From positions 8,809 to 72,808 of the forward strand of contig CANQCR010000008.1 of assembly GCA_947589735.1 (NCBI GenBank): DNA of 64,000 nucleotides, read 5' to 3'. The position numbers were made by a program, and so were the translations under genes. Shown here one piece after another: positions 1 through 8,608 of this stretch. Source of the stretch: an uncultured Bacilli bacterium (lineage in GTDB: Bacteria; Bacillota_I; Bacilli_A; RF39; UBA660). Each line of letters opens with the position of its first letter. Position 1 is the stretch's first letter. Below the pieces are notes generated by a model. It saw only the letters and a program-made list of their open reading frames with translations. It did no database searches and had not been told where the DNA came from.

Positions 1-298
1 TTCATTATAAAATATGGGTATATTTTCAATAGGCAATGGTTTTGATAAAAACTCTGCTACATTATCAGGATATGCCTCTTCAACACTTAAGGTTGAATAT
101 TAACTTTGACATTTTAACTATTGTCATAGTCTTGTCTTCACTTCTTTGATTATACTATATTTTTTCTTTGAATAGAAACTATCTTTCAAAATAAATGTCA
201 AGTAAATGTTTAAACAAAATCAAATGATTTGATAAATTAAACTTCTTCATTAGCCACTTTTATTTAATGACATAAAATACTATTGAAGGAGGTTAATT

Positions 299-1090
299 AT
301 GAATTTTAATGATGAAATTTTTGAAAATGCCAAACAAGTAATTGAATGCGCTAATCAAAATCGCCCATCATCTTGCTGTTTCGGTCCTACTGGTCCTACT
401 GGCCCAACCGGTCCGCAAGGTCCTGCTACCGTAACAATCGGACAAACTACTACTGGTGAACCTGGTACTAATGCTAATGTTATTAATACTGGTTCTGCTC
501 AAAGTAGTGTTCTAAATTTTGTTATTCCAGCCGGAGCGACTGGTGCTACCGGAGCTACAGGTCCACAAGGATTACAAGGTATCGAAGGTCCTACTGGCCC
601 TACTGGAGCAACAGGTGCAACGGGTGCTACCGGAGCTACAGGTCCGCAAGGTCTACAAGGTATCGAAGGTCCTACTGGTCCTACTGGAGCCACGGGTGCA
701 ACAGGTGCCACTGGGGAGGTAGGTCCTACAGGTCCACAAGGACTACAAGGTATCGAAGGTCCAACTGGTCCTACTGGAGCAACAGGTGCAACGGGTGCAA
801 CGGGTGCCACTGGGGATGTTGGTCCTACTGGTCCGCAAGGTCTACAGGGTATCGAGGGTCCAACTGGCCCTACTGGTGCAACGGGTGCAACAGGTGCAAC
901 AGGTGCTACCGGTGATGTAGGTCCAGCCGGAGCCGATGGTGCTGATGCCCCTACTCCAACAATTACGATTGGTACTGTTACAACAGGTTTACCTGGTAGT
1001 GAAGCAGCTGCTGAATTAGTTGGTACAGCACCTAACTATACTTTGAATCTTACAATACCTGCCGGTCCAACTGGTCCTACTGGAGCTTAA
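299..1090 (+). CDS. collagen-like triple-helix repeat protein (BclA-like surface glycoprotein candidate)
   Basis: 263-aa ORF with a GAAGGAGG RBS 6 nt upstream. Uninterrupted Gly-X-Y tracts ([15 protein letters not shown]) run from aa 78 to 216, with short tracts at aa 29-42 and 256-263. Two homologous non-collagen modules lie at aa 43-77 and 217-255. Confidence 0.85.
   Translation: MNFNDEIFENAKQVIECANQNRPSSCCFGPTGPTGPTGPQGPATVTIGQTTTGEPGTNANVINTGSAQSSVLNFVIPAGATGATGATGPQGLQGIEGPTGPTGATGATGATGATGPQGLQGIEGPTGPTGATGATGATGEVGPTGPQGLQGIEGPTGPTGATGATGATGATGDVGPTGPQGLQGIEGPTGPTGATGATGATGATGDVGPAGADGADAPTPTITIGTVTTGLPGSEAAAELVGTAPNYTLNLTIPAGPTGPTGA
530..946 (+). repeat. in-frame tandem repeats (81-99 nt units) encoding [28 protein letters not shown](D/E)VGPT
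   Basis: The unit [25 protein letters not shown] recurs four times in the translated ORF. The nucleotide copies are near-identical with synonymous differences. Confidence 0.9.
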
Positions 1091-1095
1091 GTCTT

Positions 1096-2175
1096 ATGAA
1101 AATTGCTGTTTATGCTATTTGTAAAAACGAAGAAGCCTTCGTTGAACGATGGGTTAATTCAATGAAAGAAGCCGATGCCTTATATGTTTTGGATACTGGC
1201 TCAACGGATAATTCCTATGAAAAATTAAAACGGCTTGGAGTTTATGTTACAAAAGAAGATATCACGCCTTGGCGTTTTGATGTAGCAAGGAACCATTCCC
1301 TAAAGCTTGTTCCTCTAGATTATGACATATGTGTTTGTACAGATTTAGATGAAGTATTTGTTAAAGGATGGCGCCAAACTTTAGAAAAAGTTTGGACACC
1401 TACAACAACGAGATTACGATACAATTATAACTGGAAATTAAACAAAGATGGTATCCCTGAGGTTAACTTCTACATTGAAAAAATTCATTGTCGTAAAGGA
1501 TATCATTGGACTCATCCGGTTCATGAGGTGTTAACCTATGAAAATGCTAAAGAAGTTTTTACCACAACTGATGATATAACGGTTAATCACTATCCCGATG
1601 ATACAAAATCTAGAAGTAGTTATCTTCCCCTTTTAGAATTATCGGTTAAAGAAAATCCCTTGGATGATAGAAACGTTCATTATTTGGGCCGTGAATATAT
1701 GTATTATCAAAGATGGGAAGATGCTATTAAGACTTTAAAAAGACATTTGCAACTTAAAACAGCAACATGGAAAGATGAAAGATGTGCATCAATGCGTTTT
1801 ATTGCGCGATGTTATAAAAACATCAATAACTACATTGAAGCTAAAAAATGGTCTAGCCTAGCTATGAAAGAAGCACCCCATCTTCGGGATCCTTTTGTCG
1901 AAAGAGCTTTAATTGAATACGAATTAAATGATTGGAATCAAGTCATCAATTATTGCTTTCAAGCTCTAGATATTAAAAGTAACCCTAAAACTTATATCAA
2001 TGAAAGCTTTTGTTACGACCACACCATTTATGACTTACTATCAATTGCTTTCTTTCAAAAAGGATTATATAACTTTTCTTCCTTAGCAATTAATGAGGCT
2101 TTAAAAATTAGTCCTGATAATGAAAGATTACTTAGTAATAAACGAATCATTGAAGACAAATTAAACTCTAACTGA
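1096..2175 (+). CDS. family-2-like glycosyltransferase with C-terminal TPR-like region
   Basis: The N-terminus (KIAVYAICKNEE...LDTGSTDNS...CTDLDE) matches the GT-A fold pattern with a DxD-type motif. The C-terminal half is helical-repeat (TPR-like). It starts 5 nt after the collagen-like gene stop. Confidence 0.7.
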   Translation: MKIAVYAICKNEEAFVERWVNSMKEADALYVLDTGSTDNSYEKLKRLGVYVTKEDITPWRFDVARNHSLKLVPLDYDICVCTDLDEVFVKGWRQTLEKVWTPTTTRLRYNYNWKLNKDGIPEVNFYIEKIHCRKGYHWTHPVHEVLTYENAKEVFTTTDDITVNHYPDDTKSRSSYLPLLELSVKENPLDDRNVHYLGREYMYYQRWEDAIKTLKRHLQLKTATWKDERCASMRFIARCYKNINNYIEAKKWSSLAMKEAPHLRDPFVERALIEYELNDWNQVINYCFQALDIKSNPKTYINESFCYDHTIYDLLSIAFFQKGLYNFSSLAINEALKISPDNERLLSNKRIIEDKLNSN

Positions 2176-2230
2176 TTTAGTTAGAGTTTTCTCTTTATTT
2201 TTTTAATTATTTATGGTATTTTAGATATAG

Positions 2231-2304
2231 GCCGAATTAGTTTAATGGTAAAACAAGTCACTCGTAATGATTAGCTGTAGGTCCGATTCCTACATTCGGC
2301 ACCA
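2231..2304 (+). tRNA. tRNA-Thr (anticodon CGU), CCA encoded
   Basis: Manual cloverleaf: acceptor GCCGAAT/ATTCGGC, D stem GTTT/AAAC, anticodon stem AGTCA/TGATT with loop CTCGTAA, T arm GTAGG-TCCGATT-CCTAC, discriminator A plus CCA. 74 nt. Confidence 0.85.
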
Positions 2305-2307
2305 TCT

Positions 2308-2381
2308 GCTGTAATAGTATAGTGGTATTACGAGGCCATGGTAAGGCTTTAATGTAGGTCCGATTCCTACTTACAGCACCA
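2308..2381 (+). tRNA. tRNA-Thr (anticodon GGU), CCA encoded
   Basis: Manual cloverleaf: acceptor GCTGTAA/TTACAGC, anticodon stem AGGCC/GGCTT with loop ATGGTAA, T arm GTAGG-TCCGATT-CCTAC, then A plus CCA. 74 nt, 3 nt after the previous tRNA. Confidence 0.8.
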
Positions 2382-2390
2382 GATTGATGT

Positions 2391-2417
2391 AAACTCGAAC
2401 TATTTAGTTCGAGTTTT
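2391..2417 (+). terminator. intrinsic terminator after the tRNA-Thr pair
   Basis: AAACTCGAAC-tattta-GTTCGAGTTT hairpin followed by a T run. Confidence 0.8.
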
Positions 2418-2531
2418 AAAATATTCTAATTTATGATATAATTTTGTAGTTTAAATTTATTTATTTGTCAATTTAGAAAACACACTTTCATATTGTCAAA
2501 TACAATATGAAAAAATGATATGGGAGAATTT

Positions 2532-3005
2532 ATGAAAAATGGTTATTTATCTTTAAATGCAAAAACATTTGATATTGAAAATCAGGAAAATTTAATTTTA
2601 GTAGATGCTTCTTTAGCGAAGACAGTATCTTTACTAAATAAAAAAGGATATCATGTAAATATGTGTAGTAATGCTCGAATATCTACAACATTTTTAATTG
2701 GAGCAATTGTACAAGGTCTTATTGATGAAAAAATTCTAGAAATAAATAATTTAACTAAAAATAAAATTAAAAAAGTGATTCAACAAAATGATTATCAATC
2801 TATTATTTTAATATTTGAAGATGATTACAAATTTAAAAGTTTACCTGAAGGGTTTAGATTAATTGGTAAAAATTTAACTTACTATTTATCAACTTTTTCA
2901 GATGGTAATGATATTAAATTCAAAACATTAATTGAACTCGATTGTGAACGTGATGAAAGTTTAAAAAAATTGGAAGAATGGGCGAATAATTTACCTTATA
3001 ATTGA
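2532..3005 (+). CDS. hypothetical protein
   Basis: ORF 2520..3005. I prefer the ATG at 2532 (MKNGYL) because GGGAGA lies 5 nt upstream. No recognisable motif. Confidence 0.5.
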   Translation: MKNGYLSLNAKTFDIENQENLILVDASLAKTVSLLNKKGYHVNMCSNARISTTFLIGAIVQGLIDEKILEINNLTKNKIKKVIQQNDYQSIILIFEDDYKFKSLPEGFRLIGKNLTYYLSTFSDGNDIKFKTLIELDCERDESLKKLEEWANNLPYN

Positions 3006-3066
3006 TAATATAAAAATTTAGTATAAAAGTTGTTGAACTTCTTCCTTTAGGGCAACTGATTGATAT

Positions 3067-3093
3067 AAACTCGAACTATTTAGTTCGAGTTTT
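3067..3093 (+). terminator. second copy of the tRNA-Thr terminator hairpin
   Basis: Identical AAACTCGAACTATTTAGTTCGAGTTTT sequence to 2391..2417. Confidence 0.75.
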
Positions 3094-3360
3094 AAGTTGC
3101 TTAAGTTTATGATAAAATGGAAATAAGATAAGTGTAAAAAAGTTAATTAAAATAGAAATAAATGTTAATAACAATTAAATGGGTACTTTAAGAATTGGGA
3201 TATCGACATATACCATCAACTAATCTAGCAAAATATTCAAATTCTGAAAATCATATTAATGTTATAATACATTGGATAGTAATTGACTATATAGAGCTAT
3301 GAAGACAATTAAAAATGATGAATCCATATAAAATAATAACTAACAGGAGGAAATAATTAT

Positions 3361-4050
3361 ATGAATAAACCAGTTGTTGGCATTGTGGCTAAACATTATA
3401 TGAAAGATATGAAAAGATTAGATACCGTTATTCATGATGAGATTGAACAAGCTATATTTGATAATGGTGGTATTGTTATTGGTATTATCCCGCCCAATGA
3501 AGGAAAGGTTTATGCTAAAAACAGATGGTTTGATAATCTTACAACTATGGAAAAACATAACCTTTATGATCAAATTTCTTTATGTGATGGTATTATATTG
3601 CAAGGTGGGGCTTATATAGATGAGTATGAATGTTTTATAGCAAAATATTGCCATGAAATTGATATGCCAATCTTAGGTATATGTGCTGGAAAGCATGCTT
3701 TAGTAAGAGCTATCGGTGGCACTGTTGGTAAAATGGAAAATGAAGCGCATCAAAGTGAAGATGAGTATGTTCATCCCATTATAATTAAGAAAGAATCAAA
3801 ATTATATCAAATTATTGGTAAAGATGAAATTATGGTAAATTCACGCCATATCCAACAAACACTATCTTCACCATTGCAGGTTTCAGCGTCTTCTTTGGAT
3901 AATATTATTGAAGCTGAAGAAGATAATACGAAAAGATTTTATTTAGGAGTACAATTTCATCCTGAGAGTTTATACAAAAAAGACGAAAATATGAGAAAAA
4001 TCTTTATTGGCTTTTTAGACGCTTGTAATGAATATAAGAAAATGAAATAA
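3361..4050 (+). CDS. class I glutamine amidotransferase, peptidase C26 / gamma-glutamyl hydrolase family
   Basis: ILGICAG nucleophile-elbow Cys motif and GVQFHPES His/Glu motif. AGGAGG RBS. Confidence 0.75.
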   Translation: MNKPVVGIVAKHYMKDMKRLDTVIHDEIEQAIFDNGGIVIGIIPPNEGKVYAKNRWFDNLTTMEKHNLYDQISLCDGIILQGGAYIDEYECFIAKYCHEIDMPILGICAGKHALVRAIGGTVGKMENEAHQSEDEYVHPIIIKKESKLYQIIGKDEIMVNSRHIQQTLSSPLQVSASSLDNIIEAEEDNTKRFYLGVQFHPESLYKKDENMRKIFIGFLDACNEYKKMK

Positions 4051-4137
4051 AAACAATTTACAACTATATATAAATAGTCATAATATAAATAGAGATTACT
4101 AATTTAAAACAAATAGGATATGGAAAGTGATTAAATA

Positions 4138-4776
4138 ATGAAAACAATTTATTTAATAAGACATTCAGCGCCATTCGTTGAAATTGATAATTATATTAAT
4201 AATGATGACATTTTGTGGTCAGAGTTTAATAAAAATATGATATTATCTTCAAAGGGAGAAGAAAAAGCTAAGGGGCTTTGTTATATTGAGGAATTAAAAG
4301 ATGTAAATGAAATATACGCAAGCAATTCTGCGCGGGCTATTGGAACAGCTAAATATTTATCAGAAAATAACAACACTAAAATTAAACTAGATAAAAGAAT
4401 AAATGAAAGAGAATTTGGGGTTAAATACATAAATGATTTACCTGATAATTTTACCAAACTATCTTTTGATGATAAAGATTTTAAAGTTAATAATGGCGAA
4501 TCTTTAAATGAAGTTGATGAAAGGTTCACATCTTTCATCAATGATTTATTAAATCATGATAGTAATAAAGTTGTAATCGTTATGCATGGCATTATTTTAT
4601 TGTCATATTTAAAAACGATTTGTAATCATTTTGTATTTGATGGAAAAAACTTTAATATCAAATATAATGGTAACGTTATTTTAGATGGAAATCCTAAAAA
4701 TCCTAGTATTTATAAAATAGAATTTGATGATGATAAAAATGTTATTGATGTTGATGTGGTAGCGTGTGATATATAA
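4138..4776 (+). CDS. histidine phosphatase (phosphoglycerate mutase-like) family protein
   Basis: N-terminal IYLIRHS (RHG-type) motif and a later VVIVMHG His motif. Confidence 0.7.
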   Translation: MKTIYLIRHSAPFVEIDNYINNDDILWSEFNKNMILSSKGEEKAKGLCYIEELKDVNEIYASNSARAIGTAKYLSENNNTKIKLDKRINEREFGVKYINDLPDNFTKLSFDDKDFKVNNGESLNEVDERFTSFINDLLNHDSNKVVIVMHGIILLSYLKTICNHFVFDGKNFNIKYNGNVILDGNPKNPSIYKIEFDDDKNVIDVDVVACDI

Positions 4777-4912
4777 TATTTAAAAATTAACATCTTTTTA
4801 TTTATAGATGATAGATTAAATATAAGACAAACTTTATGTTTGCATTTTTAATATTCAAATTTATGATAAAATAAAGATAGTTAAAATAAAATTATAATTA
4901 AAGGATAAAATT

Positions 4913-5647
4913 ATGGAAGAAAAATTATTTTATGATTCAGGTAAAATAAAGTTGTGTGGTATACTAGATAAAGTCAATAATACTAACGAGTTAGTGGTCA
5001 TTTGTCATGCAAGAAGCAGTAGTTCTCATTCTAGACCAACCACCCTTTTAGCTAGTGCGTTATCAAACGCAAATATTAATAATTTTCGATTTGATTTTGT
5101 GGCGTGCGGCGAATCATCAGGTGATATATCAGACTACTCAGTTACCAATATGGTTAACAATTTAAATGATACCTTGGATAAAATGAAAACAGATTATGGA
5201 TTTGAAAACTTTATATTGATTGGATGCAGCATGGGAGCTAGAATTATATCTCTTGTTGATCATAAAAAATTTAATATTAAAAAAATAGTCCTATGGTATG
5301 GAGCTTTAGACTACTTTAGAAAGCCATTTAACTTACCTTCGAAAAAGGAAAAAATGGCGAAAAAAGAAGGATATTATTGTATAGAAAAAGGGATAAAACT
5401 AAGTTACAATTATTTTGTTGATGAAAGAAAATATTTCGCCTATAAAAACTTATATAAATGGAATGTCCCCAAACTATTTATTCATGGTACTAACGATCCT
5501 TATGTCAATTACAAATCTTCTTTAAAAGTTTCAAAGAAATGTAAAAATGCGAAATTAGTATTGATTAAAAATGGTGATCATGGCTTTCATGATGAAGAGA
5601 GTATGAAACTAGCTCTTAAAGAAACGCTTAATTTTATTATAAATTAA
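4913..5647 (+). CDS. alpha/beta hydrolase
   Basis: GCSMGA nucleophile elbow (GxSxG) and a C-terminal NGDHGF His motif. Length is typical of the family. Confidence 0.7.
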   Translation: MEEKLFYDSGKIKLCGILDKVNNTNELVVICHARSSSSHSRPTTLLASALSNANINNFRFDFVACGESSGDISDYSVTNMVNNLNDTLDKMKTDYGFENFILIGCSMGARIISLVDHKKFNIKKIVLWYGALDYFRKPFNLPSKKEKMAKKEGYYCIEKGIKLSYNYFVDERKYFAYKNLYKWNVPKLFIHGTNDPYVNYKSSLKVSKKCKNAKLVLIKNGDHGFHDEESMKLALKETLNFIIN

Positions 5648-5657
5648 AGGTGATGTG

Positions 5658-6332
5658 ATGAAATTAATAACTTTTCAGTCGTTAGAGGCTTTACAAAGTT
5701 TAATAAATAACGGATATTTAGAATGTAATGAAAAATATATTGATATACAAAAATTTGGCCCGACATATCAATGGGTTGTAGAAAAAATGAACCAAGTAGT
5801 TACAAATAAAAATAATGTTAAATACCCTATTTGGTGCTGGGTTAAGTGTTACAACAATATATGTCCCCCTAAACATAAAGGAAAACCAGTAGATGGTTTT
5901 GATGTGAAGATAACTTTTCATAAAAATAAAGAAGAAGTTTTTATTACTGATTTTAGAAGATATTCCTTTTTACTCAACAACACATATATTCCCCTTTCTT
6001 TAAAAGATAAAAAGCGCTTTGATAGTAAGTTATCAAATTATAATATAACTAGTGAAGATTTAAAAAATCTTGCTAGAAAAAATAGTCTTAACCATCCTAA
6101 AACTAATCAAAGTCTTATTCAAATATGTGATGAAATTAAGAAAAGTTTTGATCGATGTATAACAACTGATAGTGATATCTTACAAGGTTGTGTTTGGCGA
6201 ATTAATTTAGAAGATATTGACAAGATTGAATTTTTAAAAGATAAAAGCTATCGATATGGTTCTTTAAATTATATAAGAAGTAATGGGAAAAGAATCGATT
6301 GGCAAAAGGATTTCTATAAAAAACTGAAATAA
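5658..6332 (+). CDS. DUF3841-like protein
   Basis: The pattern KLITFQS...GYLECNE...YQWVVEKM...YPIWCW...ITDF resembles DUF3841 as I remember it. Start placed at the ATG after an AAAGGTG RBS. Confidence 0.5.
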   Translation: MKLITFQSLEALQSLINNGYLECNEKYIDIQKFGPTYQWVVEKMNQVVTNKNNVKYPIWCWVKCYNNICPPKHKGKPVDGFDVKITFHKNKEEVFITDFRRYSFLLNNTYIPLSLKDKKRFDSKLSNYNITSEDLKNLARKNSLNHPKTNQSLIQICDEIKKSFDRCITTDSDILQGCVWRINLEDIDKIEFLKDKSYRYGSLNYIRSNGKRIDWQKDFYKKLK

Positions 6333-6382
6333 AAATATTTAATATATTTTAGATAGTAAATCATAAGTAGGAGGTAAACATA

Positions 6383-6850
6383 ATGGATATAAAATTTATA
6401 AACAATGATTTTCAATTTTTATACCGCGTATCATGTGTTATTTTTAATAAAGACAAGACCAAGGTTCTTTTGTTTAATTGTGAAGGACGAGATTTCTATT
6501 TGTTACCGGGTGGGAAAGTTTCTGAGAAAGAAGAGAGTTTACCCGCATTAAAAAGAGAAATAAAAGAAGAACTTGGCTATGATGATTTAGACTATTCATT
6601 TCTTGCTGTTAGTGAAGAGTTTGTCGTAGATAAAGGATACTATAACCAACAGATTAATTTAATTTATCAAGGCATTTTTAATGGCGATATCGATAATATA
6701 AGATTTAAAGGTCTGGAGGGCGATTGGATTAATTTTGAGTGGATTGATGTCGATAAAATAAGTGATTGTAATATTTTTCCATCAAAAGTAAAAGAAGCTA
6801 TCATAAATCCTAACCAAATCTATCATTTTATTGAAAATCTAACCAAATAA
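6383..6850 (+). CDS. NUDIX hydrolase
   Basis: Nudix box GGKVSEKEESLPALKREIKEELG. Confidence 0.8.
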   Translation: MDIKFINNDFQFLYRVSCVIFNKDKTKVLLFNCEGRDFYLLPGGKVSEKEESLPALKREIKEELGYDDLDYSFLAVSEEFVVDKGYYNQQINLIYQGIFNGDIDNIRFKGLEGDWINFEWIDVDKISDCNIFPSKVKEAIINPNQIYHFIENLTK

Positions 6851-6880
6851 GTCTTTTATTAAAACATTCATATTAAAATT

Positions 6881-6917
6881 AAAACTACTTTCAGTTTAAA
6901 TTTGAAAGTAGTTTTTT
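6881..6917. terminator. bidirectional intrinsic terminator between convergent genes
   Basis: AAACTACTTTCA / TGAAAGTAGTTT hairpin flanked by an A run and a T run. Confidence 0.75.
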
Positions 6918-6953
6918 ATAATATACATCTATTAACATCGATATAATCAACAA

Positions 6954-8519
6954 TTAAATTATTTTAGATTCATCATTCTGTAAATCAGGATTACGATACA
7001 ATTTAGAGTACACAGAAGAAGTTGGCATTAACCCACCACAAACAGTTGGAACTTCAGAAGCATCATGTATACGACCACTACCTAGCAAGTTTGTTCTAAC
7101 TCTTTCCAAATTACAATCAACATTATCAGTTAAAGACCAATACGATACGCCACTTAATCTTACTCCGGACTTTCTTATTATTGGAGATATATCCTCGCTT
7201 ATTTTTCTTCTTTTTGCATCATACACGTCATCATAAGACAAATCTGCTTTATCCCCTATTACTCTATCAATATCTTTACTACCTAAAGATAAATCAAACT
7301 CTGTTATTTGAATATGTATACCTTGCTCGCCTTGCAAATATTTAAAATCTTCAAAGCATTCTTCTATTTCTTTAATACTGGTTCCAAAAGTTATGTGCAT
7401 TTGTGAACCTAAAGTATCAATTAGGCCACCTGATTTATCGCTTCTTGATTTATTGTTTATTTCCTTCAATACTTCAAAAACTTTATCTCGTCTTTCCTTA
7501 TTTTCTAAAAAAGGTTCATTATACAAGTAACTAACTCCCGGTGGTTTATGTTCTTTAGCATAGCTAAATATTTCACATATATCTTCAATTGTTATACCAT
7601 ATTGACTTTCCCATATATTTTCGTATACACCAGCACTATTTTTATCAAAACTAACAATTTCATTAAATAAATCAATAGCAGTAATAACAGGTGAGCCATC
7701 AGCTAACTTATGCTTTGAATTATACTCATTTATAAAGTCAATGGTAGTTTTAACATAAACTTTTAATATTCTAATAATTTCTTCTTTAGATTTCCCTTTA
7801 AATAAATCAGTTGCTGCTTTCGTAAAAAGTGAATGCAAGCGGACATGTTTATTATTTCTTAAAGCAAAGTCTAAATCCCTTTCCGCAAAATAGAAATCAA
7901 AATGTTCACTTTCTTCTTCGCCTAAATTATTATTGATAACGATTTCCGGTTTAACCGATCCAACTAGTAAAGTATCAAATGATGATAGTAGTTCATTAAG
8001 TAAGACAAAGTCCTTATATAAACCATCCATTTTGTTTTGATCCCGTTCTAAAGAGACAAACTTGTGAGCTTCTTTAAGCATTTCTTTATACTGATCAGGA
8101 TATTTTCTCTTTATATTATCCATAATCTGAGCTATGCCAGGATAAGTACTATCAGTAATGCCAGCGTCTTCTTTTGGTATTCCTAAATGTTGCAACAAAT
8201 TTTCTATGATAACGCGTTCACTACTAAGATGAGGCACAAAAGTTTTTTGATAGCATTCAAACACCTTTTTCTTAGCGGCATCTAAACTTTTCTGAGCATC
8301 CCCTATACTTTTTTCAGCATCAGCTATACTTTTCATAATGGATTCAAACTCTTCTGAGTTTTTTTCTATAAAAGCAGCACTAAATTGATGACAACCCGAT
8401 ATAAAGTCTCTGAGTTCCTTTGGAGTTTGACATTGGACAATTGATAGCATTTCTAACTGTTCACTACTAAAATATCCCCCAACGCTATTAGACTCAACTT
8501 CTAAAAAATACAAATCCAC
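6954..8519 (-). CDS. glycoside hydrolase family 10-like TIM-barrel protein with an uncharacterised ~200-aa N-terminal domain
   Basis: The C-terminal half carries GH10-like motifs in the correct order: HVRLHSLF, DLFNEIVS (acid/base NE), YLYNEP, IDTLGSQMH, IQITEFDLS (nucleophile TE.D) and YWSLTDNVD. No signal peptide. Confidence 0.5.
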   Translation of the reverse strand: MDLYFLEVESNSVGGYFSSEQLEMLSIVQCQTPKELRDFISGCHQFSAAFIEKNSEEFESIMKSIADAEKSIGDAQKSLDAAKKKVFECYQKTFVPHLSSERVIIENLLQHLGIPKEDAGITDSTYPGIAQIMDNIKRKYPDQYKEMLKEAHKFVSLERDQNKMDGLYKDFVLLNELLSSFDTLLVGSVKPEIVINNNLGEEESEHFDFYFAERDLDFALRNNKHVRLHSLFTKAATDLFKGKSKEEIIRILKVYVKTTIDFINEYNSKHKLADGSPVITAIDLFNEIVSFDKNSAGVYENIWESQYGITIEDICEIFSYAKEHKPPGVSYLYNEPFLENKERRDKVFEVLKEINNKSRSDKSGGLIDTLGSQMHITFGTSIKEIEECFEDFKYLQGEQGIHIQITEFDLSLGSKDIDRVIGDKADLSYDDVYDAKRRKISEDISPIIRKSGVRLSGVSYWSLTDNVDCNLERVRTNLLGSGRIHDASEVPTVCGGLMPTSSVYSKLYRNPDLQNDESKII

Positions 8520-8608
8520 AGCATCACCTACTTCCTATTTTCATTATAACATAAAATATCTTACTTGAAAAAAAGAATATAATATGATAGGATGAGCTTA
8601 AAAGTAAG

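Noticed and set aside
1-120. Open reading frame on the - strand running off the left edge of the window (…VEEAYPDNVAEFLSKPLPIENIPIFYNE).
   Set aside because: An in-frame TAA lies just upstream and there is no ATG, GTG or TTG start between it and the open stretch, so I cannot support a gene.
499-810. Antisense 103-aa ORF and alternative-frame 67-aa ORF (519..722) inside the collagen-like gene.
   Set aside because: They are open only because the Gly-X-Y repeat DNA lacks stops in several frames. They lie entirely within a much better supported CDS and have no RBS.
530-946. Possible CRISPR-like array, because of the regular short repeats (also 21615..21800).
   Set aside because: The repeats are contiguous with no unique spacers, are in frame, and encode collagen triplets or NNQPPMQPTQPMP units. 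No cas genes are present.
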